Part shown: in pieces, positions 37,421 through 51,582 of the stretch
How the letters are laid out: the number at the start of each line of letters is the position of its first letter
How positions within the stretch are numbered: the stretch's first letter is position 1
Source: Octopus sinensis
Lineage: Eukaryota
Reading direction: 5' to 3'
NCBI RefSeq assembly: GCF_006345805.1
Contig: NC_043015.1
Location: 27,032,001-27,096,000 of the forward strand
Length of the DNA: 64,000 nt
Notes under the pieces: generated by a model
Seen by the model: the letters and a program-made list of their open reading frames with translations, nothing else
Told to the model about the DNA's origin: nothing
The model's database searches: none
Position numbers and translations under genes: made by a program

Positions 37421-39840
37421 AAGTGGGGTTGTAGGGTACCACACGAGTGGAATTATATACGAAAGAAAGTTTGAAAATGCAATTTTAAAAGATGATTATT
37501 TACTTTACCGGCTTCACTCTTTGGAAAAAGATTGTCAAAAGTAACATGTAGAAGTTTGGTTGCGTTAATTATTGGTTGTTACAAAATGCTACATTACATA
37601 CATACAGTCTTTGGTAACAAGGACATGTTAAGGACATAAAAAAGTTTAACAAGTTCCTTAAAATATTGGGCACAAAAGATTACAACATAAATATATATTC
37701 TCAAGAACATGCTAAAGATAGTTTCCAGAAGGAATTATGTGAAAGTTCAGTGGGATATTGGTATTGTACCTGTATATTCAAACACGCACAGAATATTGGT
37801 TGACACAGAGTACTACAATACATATATATATATTCTTTGGAGACAAGAGCATGTTAAGAACATAAAAAAGTTTACAAGTTCATTGAAATATTAGGCACAA
37901 AAGATTACAAGTATATACATTCTCAAGATAATTTCCAGAAGGAATTATGTGAAAGTTCAGTGGGATATTGGTATTGTACCTGTATATTCAAACACGCACA
38001 GAATATTGGTTGACACAGAGTACTACAATACATATATATATATTCTTTGGAGACAAGAGCATGTTAAGAACATAAAAAAGTTTACAAGTTCATTGAAATA
38101 TTAGGCACAAAAGATTACAACATAAATATATATTCTCAAGAACATGCTAAAGATAGTTTCCAGAAGGAATTATGTGAAAGTTCAGTGGGATATTGGTATT
38201 GTACCTGTATATTCAAACACGCACAGAATATTGGTTGACACAGAGTACTACAATACATATATATATATTCTTTGGAGACAAGAGCATGTTAAGAACATAA
38301 AAAAGTTTAACAAGTTCCTTAAAATATTGGGCACAAAAGATTACAACATAAATATATATTCTCAAGAACATGCTAAAGATAGTTTCCAGAAGGAATTATG
38401 TGAAAGTTCAGTGGGATATTGGTATTGTACCTGTATATTCAAACACGCACAGAATATTGGTTGACACAGAGTACTACAATACATATATATATATTCTTTG
38501 GAGACAAGAGCATGTTAAGAACATAAAAAAGTTTAACAAGTTCATTGAAATATTAGGCACAAAAGATTACAAGTATATACATTCTCAAGATAATTTCCAG
38601 AAGGAATTATTAAAAAGTTCAGTGGAATATTGGTATACACACACAGAATATTATGAGTTCAAAAAAGTTTACATTATAATAGTAGGGGAGCTAAAACTGA
38701 CCTGTCCACCATGTTAACGTAAAGAATATTATCTATTTCAAGGGACACTGTAGGTGTGTTGGGTGGGGGGAAAGAGGAGTAATGTGGAACTGAAAAGAAT
38801 TTCTCCTTTTTGTCTCTCCTTCAAGCATCAATGATTTGGGGATTGGTTTTTTGAGGTCAGAGTGGTTTGAGTGTGTGTGTCTTTGTGTGTGTGTATATAC
38901 ATATGTGGTGTGAATAGATGTGTCTGTGTGTTTGTAAAATCTGGTAGGATGGTGTGTGTATATGTGTGCCCGTTTGTGTGTGTGCGCGTATATGTGTGTG
39001 GTTGATGATGTTTGTTAGTGTGTTGCGTGTGCGTTAGTGTGTATGTGCTTGTCCGTATGTGTGTCCATGTCTGTTGGGTGTATCTGTGTGGCGTGTGTGT
39101 GTGTGTATGCGTTTTGTGTGTGTTGGTATTGAGTATGTGTTTGTGTGTGTGCGTATATATGGTGTGAGTGTATGTTTCTTTGTGTGTGTATACTTATGTA
39201 TACATGTGTTTGTGTGGCGGGGGTTGTTTTTCAATGGTCTCAGGGCCCATTGTGGTGTAAATAGATGTGTATTTTTAAGATTTGGTAGGAATGTGTATGT
39301 ATATGTGTGCCTGTTTTCCAACCGTGTGTGTGATTGTCTTGGTGTTGTGTGTGTGTGTGTGTATGTGTGTGTGTGTATGTGTGTGTGTGTGATTGGCAAT
39401 TGGCATGGTGCTGCACATGTATATTTGTGTCTGCATGGAGGTCAGAATGGTGTGAGTGTGTGTGTCTTTTTGTGTGTGTATATATATGTATACATGCGTT
39501 TGTGTGTGTGGGGGCTGTTTTTGATTGGTCCCAGGCTCCATTGTGGTGTAAAAAGATGTGTGTTTTTTTAAAATTTGGTAGGATGGTGTGTGTATATGTG
39601 TGCCCGTTTGTGTGTGTGTGTATGTGTGTGGTTAGTGTTTGTTAGTGTGTTGCGTGTGCGTTAGTGTGTTGCGTGTGCGTTAGTGTGTATGTGTTTGTTC
39701 GTATGTGTGTCCATGTCTGTTGGGTGTATCTGTGTGGCGTATGTGTATATACGTTTTGTGTGTGTTGGTATTGAGCATGTGTTTATGTGTGTGCGTATAT
39801 ATGGTGCGAGTGTGTGTCTTTGTGTGTGTGTGTATATACA
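37421..39840 (+). repeat. Dispersed repeat with an internal 210-226 bp tandem expansion (37620-38640) and TG-rich approximately 290-bp units
   Basis: cacaaaagattac at 37671, 37896, 38106, 38332 and 38558; TG-rich units at about 39220, 39510 and 41170. Confidence 0.85.
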
Positions 39841-39844
39841 TATA

Positions 39845-41015
39845 CAGGATCTTTTCAATTCTGAAGCCAGGACCACAGATCTTTCTACTTAACTAAATAA
39901 TCTGAAACTTCGTATGCTGATAGAGTCTAGCAAAACAAGACACAGGTTGGAACTAGTTTATTTGAGAAAAATCTATTTTATGACTTTAATCGTAGATTAA
40001 AACTGCGAATTTTAACCATCAGATTGTTTGTTTTCATGTGTAAAACTTGACTGCATTCTATTAGTGTGACGTAGAAAGCGCTTTTGTGACGTACTAACGT
40101 TCGGAAAACTGTAAACAAACACAGAACGTAACGGCAGACGAAATACGGCTACGCATTTCGCCCGGCGTGCTAACGTTTCTGCCAGCTCTTTGCTTTTTTT
40201 AATATTAATTTCGGCGAAGTTTCTCTTGTCGTAGCACAAGTTTTCCGTCGATTTCCGTAAAAAACTTTTATTTTTTTACATAAGTAATGAGAGCGAAAGA
40301 GACTAAGAGGAAGCGATTTTATGACGAGGGAAGTTTGTCTTTGAAGTTACCGTCTAGGGGAAGCATTGATGTACATGTGTGTGTGTGTGTGTGTTTGATG
40401 GGGTGTGGGAGACAGTATGTTGTGTAAGTGAAGTGCTTCTGTTAGTGTGTGTGAAGAGACAGAGAGAGTAATGTGTGAAAGAGAGAGATAACTGAAATTT
40501 TTTACTCGGTGTATGTGTATATGTATGTCTGCATGTATGTGTGTGTGTGTATGTATCTATGTATGTATGGCCGATTCATCGTAATTACGATGAATCGGCC
40601 ATACATACATACACACACACACATACACACACACACATACTTACACATACATACACACACACTACATGCAGACATACATATATACATACACCGAGTAAAA
40701 AATTTCAGTTATCTCTCTCTTTCACACATTACTCTCTCTGTCTCTTCACACACGCTTGTTTACATTTAAGATGTTTAATACGTCACGAAATTGGTGGTCG
40801 AGACGGAGTAAATAAAACAAAGCCGAATGACGGAATATCATTGGTTAAAATTCTAATTATTAAACAACGTTAAACTTAGAAGTTACAATTCCGTTTTCAT
40901 TCTGGTTTACAATTAAGTTTACTTTTGACACATTCTACCAGTATACGAAGTTTCAAATTGTTTGGTTCAGTAGGAAAAATTTGAAAAAACTGGCTTCAGA
41001 ATAGAAAAGATCCCA
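39845..41015. mobile_element. Non-autonomous TIR DNA transposon (TA flanks, long imperfect TIRs), superfamily unassigned
   Basis: TA|CAGGATCTTTTCAATTCTGAAGCCAG ... CTGGCTTCAGAATAGAAAAGATCCCA|TA; inserted into the TG-rich array; contains a SINE head (about 40122-40188, -) and a palindrome (40445-40753). Confidence 0.75.
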
Positions 41016-41333
41016 TATACATGTATTTGCGTATGAATGTGCATGATTGGTATTTGTCATGGTGCTGTGTGTGCGCACGTGTGTGTATATGTGTGTCTGT
41101 AGGGGGATCAAAACGGTGTGAGTGTGTGTGTATGTATATATATATAATCACATGTGTTTGTGTGTGTGGGCCGCTTTTGATTGGTCCCAGGGTCCATTGT
41201 GGTGTAAATAGGTGTGTGTTTTTAAGATTTGGTAGGAATGTGTGTGTATATGTGTGCCTGTTTGTGTGTGTGTGTTGTGTATGTGTGTGGTTAGTGTTAG
41301 TGTGTTGCGTGTGCGTTAGTGTGTATGTGTTTG

Positions 41334-41637
41334 TTCTATGGGCTTCCAAAAATACACAAGAGTGAAATTATCACAGAAGCTTGCAAAAAGTCCATTTCAA
41401 TCTGCATAACTATACCACATCCCACTGATCTCAGACAGACCAATAGTAGCAGGCCCAAGCTGTGAAACACACAGACCTAGCAACTTTATCGATATCATCC
41501 TAAAACCAATACTGAAACACATTCCAAGTATTGTAAGAGATGACCTGAACCTATTAAATCATCTCCCCAAACATACCGATAAAGACACTTTAATCGTCTC
41601 CTTTGATGTAGTAAACCTTTACACTACGATCCCACAT
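41334..41637 (+). pseudogene. Penelope-like RT fragment (fingers to motif A)
   Basis: FYGLPKIHK...RPIVAGPSCETH..NFIDIILKP..VRDD..LIVSFDVVNLYTTIPH, with one frameshift. Confidence 0.88.
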
Positions 41638-41968
41638 ATGTTTGCGTGTGTATAAACATAGGCAGGCATATACATATATATACTCTAAAACATATATATG
41701 TATACATATATGTATCTGTGTATGTATGTGCATGTGTGCATGTGTGTGTGTATGTGTGTATGTGTGTGTGTGTGCGCGCATCTGTATTTGTTTAATGATA
41801 GTTTGAATCAGCTCCCTATTACTTATACTCGAACTAAGTATGCTGAGTGCTACTTTCTTTTGATTCTTCACTCATATATGTGTGTGTATGTGTGAATGTA
41901 TAAGCGCACACACACACATATATGTATATACATGCATAAGCATAAAGATGTACGTGTGTATGTATATC

Positions 41969-42035
<67 letters not shown>

Positions 42036-42369
42036 CCTGTATCTATTTTCCATACTAAAGCCAGGCTATTAACCAAGAGGAATCCCAGCAGCTTCCTTCA
42101 ACGCTTTGACTTCCATAATATTAATGACAGTGAAATGGTATTTTTTCTTTAGAATCATTCGTCGGTGTTGCTGTGTGAAGGTGTGAATGAGCAGGTAATA
42201 TATTTTCTATCCAAACACCAATTCATGATGGACGTTAACCGGAAGTAGTGACATTTAATGAACGTTAATAGCGATTAAGTTGTTGCCGTCGTCGTTATTT
42301 GTTTCGTTGTTGTGTTGTTTTGTCGCTTTTATTTCTCATGCATTTTTATTATTCGTTTACTTCTGTTAT

Positions 42370-42553
42370 TGTTGTTTGTGTTGTTGTTGTTGTTGTTGTC
42401 ATTGTTATTATTGTTGTTGTTGTGGATGATGATGATGATGATGTTTCCTGTTGTTGCTGTAGTTAATGATTTTTTTTTTGTTGCCATTGTGATTATTGTT
42501 ATTATCCTTGTTCATATTATTTTTCTTGTCGTTGTTACTGCCGCTACTGTTGC

Positions 42554-42594
<41 letters not shown>

Positions 42595-42860
42595 ATGATG
42601 TTATTGTTGTTATCAGTTGTCAGTATTAATGTTATCCTCCATGCTTTTGTCGATATTATTGATAATAATCATGAGGGCGATATTATTCTTGTTGATGTTA
42701 TTCTCTTTGCTGTCATCGGCGTCGTCGTCGTTGTTGCTGTTGATGTTGTTGTTATCGCCGGTGTCTTCAGAATTATTGCTGTTTTTGTTGTATTTTTTGA
42801 TGATGATGATGTTCCTCTTATTATTATTATTATTGTCGTTGTCGATGTTGTTGACTTCTT
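42370..42860. repeat. Compound TTG/ATG/TGC trinucleotide low-complexity tract
   Basis: Direct reading. Confidence 0.9.
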
Positions 42861-44032
42861 CAAAACTTCTGCAGATCAATCGATCAATCAATCAGTCAAT
42901 CGATAGGAATCAAATAAGTTCTTATTAACAATATAAAACAATATATTGAAAACATTTCACCTCCGCAAACATCGTCAAACCCAAAATATCGATTTCGAAA
43001 CCTAATAAAATTATCTTTCCAGTTTTTTCTACAAATTTCTTTATTTTTCTTTATTTGTTTATTTTTACTTAATTTCGTCCTTTTTAAAAAAATCTAACTT
43101 CCTTTTAAATATTTTCTTGTACTTTTGCTAAATTTTTGTCAAACTCATTTTTTAAAAACCATTTCTGTTTTGTTTCCTTCTTGTTTGGTTATCTTAAATC
43201 GCTCATTCTATTTTCTTATTGTTGGCTTTTATGTTAGTTTCATAGAATTAGAATTTATTTTTGTTCTTGTTGTTGTTTGATTGGTTAATGTAGTTGTTTT
43301 TGTTGCTGTTATTCGTGTTGTTGGATTCTTTGGGTTGATTCATAATTCCTTTGATTAAAGAAAACAAAATAATATAACTTCCTGACTAAAAGTCATATTA
43401 AAATAAATCGGGGTGTCATTAATCAAGAATAATTTTGGTACACAGATATTTTAATACAAATGTGCGCGCACATGAATGCGTGTGTATGAAAGTGCGCCCA
43501 CATCTGCCCGCATATACTTACTTCTGCATGTGTTGATGCTTAAGGTGCGAGTGTGTGTTTCTATATTTGTCTATTTCATCAGTCAATATAGGTTTGTTAT
43601 GAATAGACTTGGCCGAAGAGAATCAAGTGCTTTTGGCGTTAAGTTCGAAAGCATTATACCAGGTTAACTGGCCTTTCTTCTTGCAATTTTGAAAAGGTAA
43701 ACGCAGTCCTTATTCACTTAGTTTTTCCAACCATGCGTGAGAAAATCTAGTGTTAATTTTTGTGGCTTCGGAGTATTTTTGACTATTATTTTTAGCAGAG
43801 CTGGTGCTTCATAGCGCCCAAACCCTGGTTTACCAATTACGTTACAGTTGAACATCAAACGTAATAATATTCAACACTTTTTGTAATAGGCAATAAACCA
43901 ATATATTCATTGGATTTTATTATTCCTTAATGAAGTTTTTAACCGTTAATTGAATATTTATATGTGTTTTATAAATATTTATATATGTGTGTGTATGTAT
44001 ATATGTATTATGTATGTATATATGTTTATATG

Positions 44033-44066
<34 letters not shown>

Positions 44067-44090
44067 TATATGCATGTATATATATATATG

Positions 44091-44159
<69 letters not shown>

Positions 44160-44558
44160 AATTTATATAAAAGAAGAAAAGGAAACTGGAGATTGAGAAG
44201 ATAATAACTGTTTATTATAAACAGCAAATTAATCCTCTTTACTTACAGCTGTTTCACTTAATACACAGTAAATATTAAGTAAATATTAAATTCATGACCT
44301 GATCATAAGATCTTCAGAGGGCAAAAAATATACCTTTGGATGTTTTATATGTGTTTATGGATTCATTATAGCAGACTGAATCATTAACTTCCCGATCTCC
44401 ATATTCTTTCTCTTCTTTTATATGAATATAAACTATATGTTTTATATATATATACCTTATTATTTTAAGGAACTGAATTTTCCCAAAATACTAGGTATTG
44501 AACCCGTTTTTCCTTGGATGTAAGCATCCCTTCATGAAGTTAACACAACCTCTGATCG

Positions 44559-44638
<80 letters not shown>

Positions 44639-45071
44639 ATATATGCATATACACACATACATAAAACGTTATACATGTATAAAAACGTACATACATGTAT
44701 ACATATATACATGTACACGTGCATGAACACATGCCATGTAGATAGATAGAGAGAGACAGAGAAAGAGAGATAGATAGAGGGAGTGAGGAAGGGACGAGAG
44801 AGAAAATGATGGAGGGAGTTATGGAAAGAAAGAGATAAAGAAGTGATAAGAAAATTACCAAAGAATCTAAAAAGTGACAGCAGGAAAATAAAATAGTTTT
44901 AAAGAAAATGAATGTCAAACATGAATGGAAGAATGCATGTGTGTAGAAATATATAAATGTGGGTGGGGGTGTACGCGCCCGTGTGTGAGCGTGTGTGTAT
45001 TTCTATAAGTCTAAATATACATATTTATATATATATATACATATATATATATGTGTGTACATATATATATA

Positions 45072-45102
<31 letters not shown>

Positions 45103-46127
45103 ATGTATGTATGTATGTATGTATGTATGTATGTATGTATGTATGTATGTATGAATGAATATATATATGTAAATATGTTTATATACATTTATATGTAAAT
45201 ATACATACATTCACACTCATAGATATATACATATGAATACACAAAACAATTGAATTCTTTTCTCGTTTTATATCTGCATATAAAAGTGTGTGGGGGGAGT
45301 TTACGTGAGTGCACCTTTGTGCGTGTGTGGGTGTGTATACGTGTATGCATGTGCATATGTGCATGCGTATATGTAAACAATGAAAAATAACCGAACTCAA
45401 ACAATAGAGCAGCTATCCACTTAGCTCTCAGCAAACAGAAACTGACAAACCCATCTCATTCTTTCCTGCATCTAAACATTATCTGTCGTCGTCGTCATCC
45501 CATCGCCCCAACCTTACTTCCACCATTACGCCAGCCTGATATGACAGTTCCGATATAAGCAAGGGTACGCTTATTGTGTTTCTTAATATATCGCTGAGGT
45601 TATTGTTAGCTAAAAGAATATATACACTCGGTACAGTTTCTATTCATTTAACTTAATTCGTTTTATCCTAAGGTAGCTAATGGTGAAGAAGAATCAGTCA
45701 AAGTTGGCCGTCGTTATATGTAGTAAGACTGTATGTGTAGAAAGGAATGTAGGCATGTGCGCGTGCGTGTGGCTAGATGTAGGGCGATGCTAGGTATGTA
45801 GGTGTATGCTTTGTGTGTATCAATGAGTGTCTATTATGTTTGCGTGTATTAATACACACACACACACACACATACATATATATATACATATATACACATA
45901 TATATATATATGTACATACATATGTATACATATATATATATATATACATACATATATATATATACATATATATGTAGATTTGTGTATGTATATATACATA
46001 CGTACATGCGCGCATACGTCCGCGTGTGTGTAAATTTATTGGCTGTTTCCAGAATGAAATCAATACACATACATCACATATTAAGTATTGAGTAACCATA
46101 CATATATATATATATATACATATACAT

Positions 46128-46163
<36 letters not shown>

Positions 46164-46210
46164 CACACACACACAACACACACACACACACACACAACAC
46201 ACACACACAC

Positions 46211-46292
<82 letters not shown>

Positions 46293-46624
46293 TATACACA
46301 CACACAGCACATTCATAACACATACAACACATACAATACATACACACGCACACGAAATAGACACGCGTGCCCGCACGCACATGCACACGTCTATAAATGG
46401 CCATTGAAATAAATTAGCCTGCGTACATACATACGTACATGCATACATGTCTATACATAAATAGATACATAGCGACATCGGTGAATCTTGTTGGATAAAA
46501 GAAATCTACAAACCAGTTTAAGAAAAACTAGGATGATATCGGCACAACCATTCCCCTCACCCACAAAAACAACACCAGAATCCATTCTTTACACAATAAA
46601 GTATAATATGCACAATGTCACCAC

Positions 46625-46662
<38 letters not shown>

Positions 46663-47180
46663 CCACCACCACCATCATCATCACCACCACCATCATCCTC
46701 ATCACCACCACTACCATTATCATCATAATCATCATCATCATTATCATCCACAGCCTTATTATCATCACCTTCCATGCACCATCATTCATCAATCAACAAC
46801 AACGACAACAACACTGACAAAAGGATATTTGCTATTGTTCTAAGATGTTATATATATATTCTGTTCGTATTAACATTCTGTGCGAATATGTTATGAAACA
46901 GCCCTCGAGGAACCAATGTAAACTAAGAATATAGAGTCTCTTCGATAATAGCTTCTTCTTTTTTTATTTGCTTGTTTATTTATTTATTGAGTTCGGAACT
47001 ATTGTCTGTTAAAGTCGTTCCCGTCGTAGAATTTGTGGTGAGGACCGCATGAATTTATTGAATTACTGAATATCAGAAAAAGAACAGCGGTGTAGCAGAT
47101 TAAGGCAATAGCTGAATGACGGTTTGCTTGTTTCATACATTTATGTTTGTTTTACATTTTTTTATCACCCTCTCTCAACA

Positions 47181-47259
<79 letters not shown>

Positions 47260-47533
47260 CTCTCACTTTCTAATTCTTCAGTGCAGAGTGCAGTGGCAGA
47301 AACGGTGCATCGCGTCTGATAAAATGCCTTGTGGTGTTTACGTATTTTTCATTGCATCTTGCGTTCGATTCTCTCACCCTCCTTCTATCTCCTTCCCTAT
47401 CCCTCTCTTTCCCTCTTCTTCTCTCTCACTCCCTCTCTTTCTCCTTTTTCTTTCCCCTTTGTCTACTCCTTTCTATCTCCGTGTTTCTCCCTTTCTCTTC
47501 TCTATGTACATACACACAGGTACACACATACAT

Positions 47534-47575
<42 letters not shown>

Positions 47576-47915
47576 GCACTCACACACACACACATATATA
47601 TATATATATACACACACATACACACACATAAATGCGCATACACAAGTACGGACATCCACACAAATGTACATAGACACACGTATTTGATTGCTTGCAAATG
47701 AAATCGGTTCATACATATACACATGTATTTATGTATGTGTCTTTGTACATATGTGTGTATGTGTACACATACATACATACACACACACATTAGTGTATTT
47801 TTCGCATATGTATCGTTTGCGCTCTCTTTTTCTCTCACCCTTTTCTTCTCTCTGTCTTTCTCTATTTCCCTCTCTCCTCTCCTCTCCTCTCACTTTCTGT
47901 CTACTTTTCTGCCTC

Positions 47916-47961
<46 letters not shown>

Positions 47962-48854
47962 TGTGTTTCTCTTATGATGGAACCTAATCAAAGCAGTTGA
48001 AAAACATGGCATAGTTTCAGTATTAGAATTAACTATTACTTAGGTCTCTTGCCGAGTTCAACTCCGGATAAATTCTGATGTTTCACCCCTCTCTAGTCTC
48101 TCCTGACAGTAATATAGGTACCTGACTAATACTAGGGTACCAGATTTGTGCAACCATAAGAAGCTTTTAATTTACTTGATGGAATGAAAGATTCAGCTTT
48201 TAGTGTTTTGCAGAATGCTAGAATATAGAAATAGATGAACTAAATAATTTAGCTTCAGTTGTGGACAGTGCTTAGTTCAAACGGCGCCGTAGTCGGACTT
48301 ACATTTCAGGTGACGATAATATAATGTACCAGTCATTCACTAGGGTTAATTCAAGCTGCCAAATCCTTTCTATAGAACTGATACGGTTTGTCTTTTTCTA
48401 CAATTGTTTTACAATAGAGGACAGAGGTCTTTCAATTACATCAATGTCATTGGAAGAGACACAAGAGAAGACGCTGAGGACATACAAAGAATAATAAAGG
48501 AAGGGATTCCATGTGAGGCATTGTGAAACACTTCTAGCAGACTAGAAGATCAGCCCGGAAAATGGCGGCTATGTCCAGATCGATTGTTTAAAGTCAACGA
48601 TAAATTATATCTTTTATCTTTTATTTGTTTTAGTCAGTAGATTGAGACCATGCTGGAGCACCGCCTTCAGAGATTTGCAGTAGAATGAATTGATCCCTCC
48701 CCCCAGTATTATTTGCTAAAACCTGGTTCTTATTCTAACGATCCCTTTTGCTAAACTACTAAGTTTGCAGAGCGTAAACATACCAACGCGCGCGCGCGCG
48801 CGTGTGTGTGTGCGTGCGTGTGTATGTGTGTGCGTGCGTGTGTGCGTGGCTTGC

Positions 48855-49735
48855 TAGCTATGCAGACGATACCAAAGTTTCTCTGAGGATACAGGACCCT
48901 GGTGACATTGTGCATCTTCAGGTGGTCTGATGAAAACAACATGTAGGTTAATGGTGGAAAATTCCAAACCCTGCACAACCAACACAGGAATCAAAATCAG
49001 TTCGTGACCTGGGCATTGACATGAGTAGTGATGCATCTTTCCAAGTTGAAAATAAAATGCAGACGTTTGGCTGGGTGGATCCTTCGAACTTTCAAAACAA
49101 GAGAAAAGGAAACCGTAATGGTCATCTGGAGGACTTTCGGTCTCATCCACCTGGATTACTGCTCGCACATGTGGTCACCAAACAATGCAAAATTACCGAC
49201 GGAATTCGAGGTGATCCAGCGAAGCTACACGAGGAGGATCGACACAATGCGACATATCCGCAAGTGGGAGAGACTGAAAGAGTTCAAAGTCTATTCCCCG
49301 GAGCGAAGCGGGGAAAGACATGCAGTAATATACATCTGGAAAATTCTAGAAAACCTTGTGCCAAACTTTAGCATTACCAATTATATAATCAGCAGGACGG
49401 GGTGCCACTGCATAGTACCAAAAAGCCCAACATCACCATCAGGATATAGAACCAGATACTGCAACAGCTTGGACTTCAAAGGCCCACAGCTCATCAAAAT
49501 CTTTCCACAAAGCCTTAGAGAACTGCACGGCGTGGATGTAGGCTTTTTCAGAACAAATCTGGATCCCCTTCTGTAAAGAGTTCTGGATGAACCAATCTCA
49601 AGGCAAGAAACACAGACGTTAAACTCACTTGTCTACCAAATGTCATACATCAGAGGAGGTTTAGTGAAAATGTAGCAAAGTAAATGGCGGTGCGCTACCA
49701 TGGCCGCAGTCCTTGGACTGAAACTTCAAGGAAAA
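48855..49735 (+). mobile_element. CR1-group LINE 3' fragment from YADD to the 3' tail
   Basis: SYADDTK at 48857; HLDYCSHMWSP..YIWKILENLVPNF..YCNSLDFKGPQL; tail GGCGGTGC..CATGGCCGCAGTCCTTGGACTGAAAC. Confidence 0.9.
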
Positions 49736-49754
49736 TATGAATATACATATACAA

Positions 49755-49792
<38 letters not shown>

Positions 49793-49799
49793 TATATAT

Positions 49800-50203
49800 A
49801 CTCTTTACTCTTTTACTTGTTTCAGTCATTTGACTGCGGCCATGCTGGAGCACCACCTTTAGTCGAGCAAATCGACCCCGGGACTTATTCTTTGTAAGCC
49901 CAGTACTTATTCTATCGGTCTCTTTTGCCGAACCGCTAAGTGACGGGGATGTAAACACACCAGCATCGGTTGTCAAGCAATGCTAGGGGGACAAACACAG
50001 ACACACAAACACACACATACATATATATATATATACATATATACGACGGGCTTCTTTTCAGTTTCCGTCTACCAAATCCACTCACAAGGCATTGGTCGGC
50101 CCGGGGCTATAGCAGAAGACACTTGCCCAAGATGCCACGCAGTGGGACTGAACCCGGAACCATGTGGTTGGTTAGCAAGCTACTTACCACACAGCTACTC
50201 CTG
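49800..50203 (-). mobile_element. Full-length tRNA-derived SINE, family A
   Basis: Head CAGGAGTAGCTGTGTGGTAAG..GGTTCAGTCCC (A/B boxes), central TG/TA microsatellite and LINE-derived 3' tail. Fragments at about 570-645, 20520-21060, 23400-23620, 48620-48790 and 57290-57440. Confidence 0.92.
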
Positions 50204-50233
50204 TATATATATTTATGTATATGTATATATATA

Positions 50234-50640
50234 TCTATATATAAGACTGAAATGCGTTTTTACCGTTTGGCTCGCTTTCAATGCCACTACATCCCGTCCG
50301 ATTCGCTCCAAAATTTACAGGGACATGTGGAATGAGGTGACGATGCCCGTAGGCTACCTTAGAAATCCCTATCTTAAAAGGTGTGGTTGCTAGGGGCCAT
50401 CTTCCTCACTCACGCTATTTCCTCCATTACCCTCTCACTCCCCTTCAATTATAACGTTGACAATGTCCACTCCCGTTATTTAATGTATTCCCCTCAACTC
50501 CCTTTCACGTTGCCTTTATAAGGTCGTCAGACGGCGTTCTTTGATGTATCTGTCGGCATTCATAGGGAGAATTATCATCGCTACAAACAAAACACAATCA
50601 TGAGAACAAATATTATGAATCAGATATTCCTTGCGTTCAT
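50234..50640 (+). mobile_element. 5' part of a non-autonomous Helitron related to the 53.8-55.7 kb units
   Basis: A|TCTATATATAAGACTGAAATGCG start; diverged co-linearity with 53781-54170. Confidence 0.7.
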
Positions 50641-50964
50641 TTATATATGTGTGTGTGTGTGTGTGTGTTCGATATATAAATATGTATATATAATGTATAT
50701 ATACAAAGTGTATATATCTGTATTTATGTATATTAAACTTTTTAATACTTTTGATAGTTATATATATTTTTAAACAAATTATAAATATAATTTAATAATT
50801 TTTATTTTAAATTTAAATAATTTAAATTTTTCAATTTTATATATTTTCTATATTATATTTTTCTTTTTATGTTTTTGTTTTTGTTTTTTTTTTTTGCCTA
50901 TTAGTGGCTTTATCACTAATTTAATTTATACATATATATATATAATTTGTATATATAATGCGTG

Positions 50965-51004
<40 letters not shown>

Positions 51005-51005
<1 letters not shown>

Positions 51006-51532
51006 CATCGTTTAACGTCCGTTTTCCGCGCTAGCACGGGTTGGACGGTTTGACCGGGGTCTGGGAAGCCAGGGGCTGCACCAGGCTCCAGTCTGATCTG
51101 GCAGTGTTTCTACGGCTGGATGCCCTTCCTAACGCCAACCACTCCGCGAGTGTAGCGGGTGCTTTTTACGTGCCACCTGCACAGGTACCAGGGGGGGTCT
51201 GGCATCGGCCACGATCGGTTGGTGCTTTTCACGTGCCACCGGCACGGAAGCCAGCCAAGGCGGCGCTGGCATCGGTCACGTTCGGATGGTGATTTTTATG
51301 TGCCACCGGCACAGGTATCACTACTACTATTTCCATTGATATTTATTTCGATGTTCATGTTCATGTACTTGACTCAACAGGCCTCCTCAAGCACAGCGGG
51401 GTGTTCTGGAATCCAAGGTACTTTGAATGGGCAGGGGCTATGCGGAACTGGTGCAGGAAGCAGCCCGGGTCTTTGCAGTCACAGCATATCTCTAGAGATC
51501 TCGGTCCTTCGCCATTGCCTCAGTGAGGCCCC
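51005..51532 (-). mobile_element. RTE-type LINE 3' end or derived SINE with (ATG)n tail; copies at 53405-53710, 54368-54672, 55335-55640 (-) and 55831-56056 (+)
   Basis: GGTTGGCGTTAGGAAGGGCATCCAGC..GGACGTTAAACGATGATGA 3' end and internal gtgc(t)nacgtgccaccggcac subrepeats. The RTE assignment is from recognition only. Confidence 0.6.
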
Positions 51533-51582
51533 AGTGCATTATGTGGTCGGTCGGTTCAGCTGAAAATATGCACACCTATGAA

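Noticed and set aside
37620-38640. Regular repeat array as CRISPR-like
   Set aside because: Units are 210-226 bp near-identical tandem copies without unique spacers, and the context is eukaryotic.
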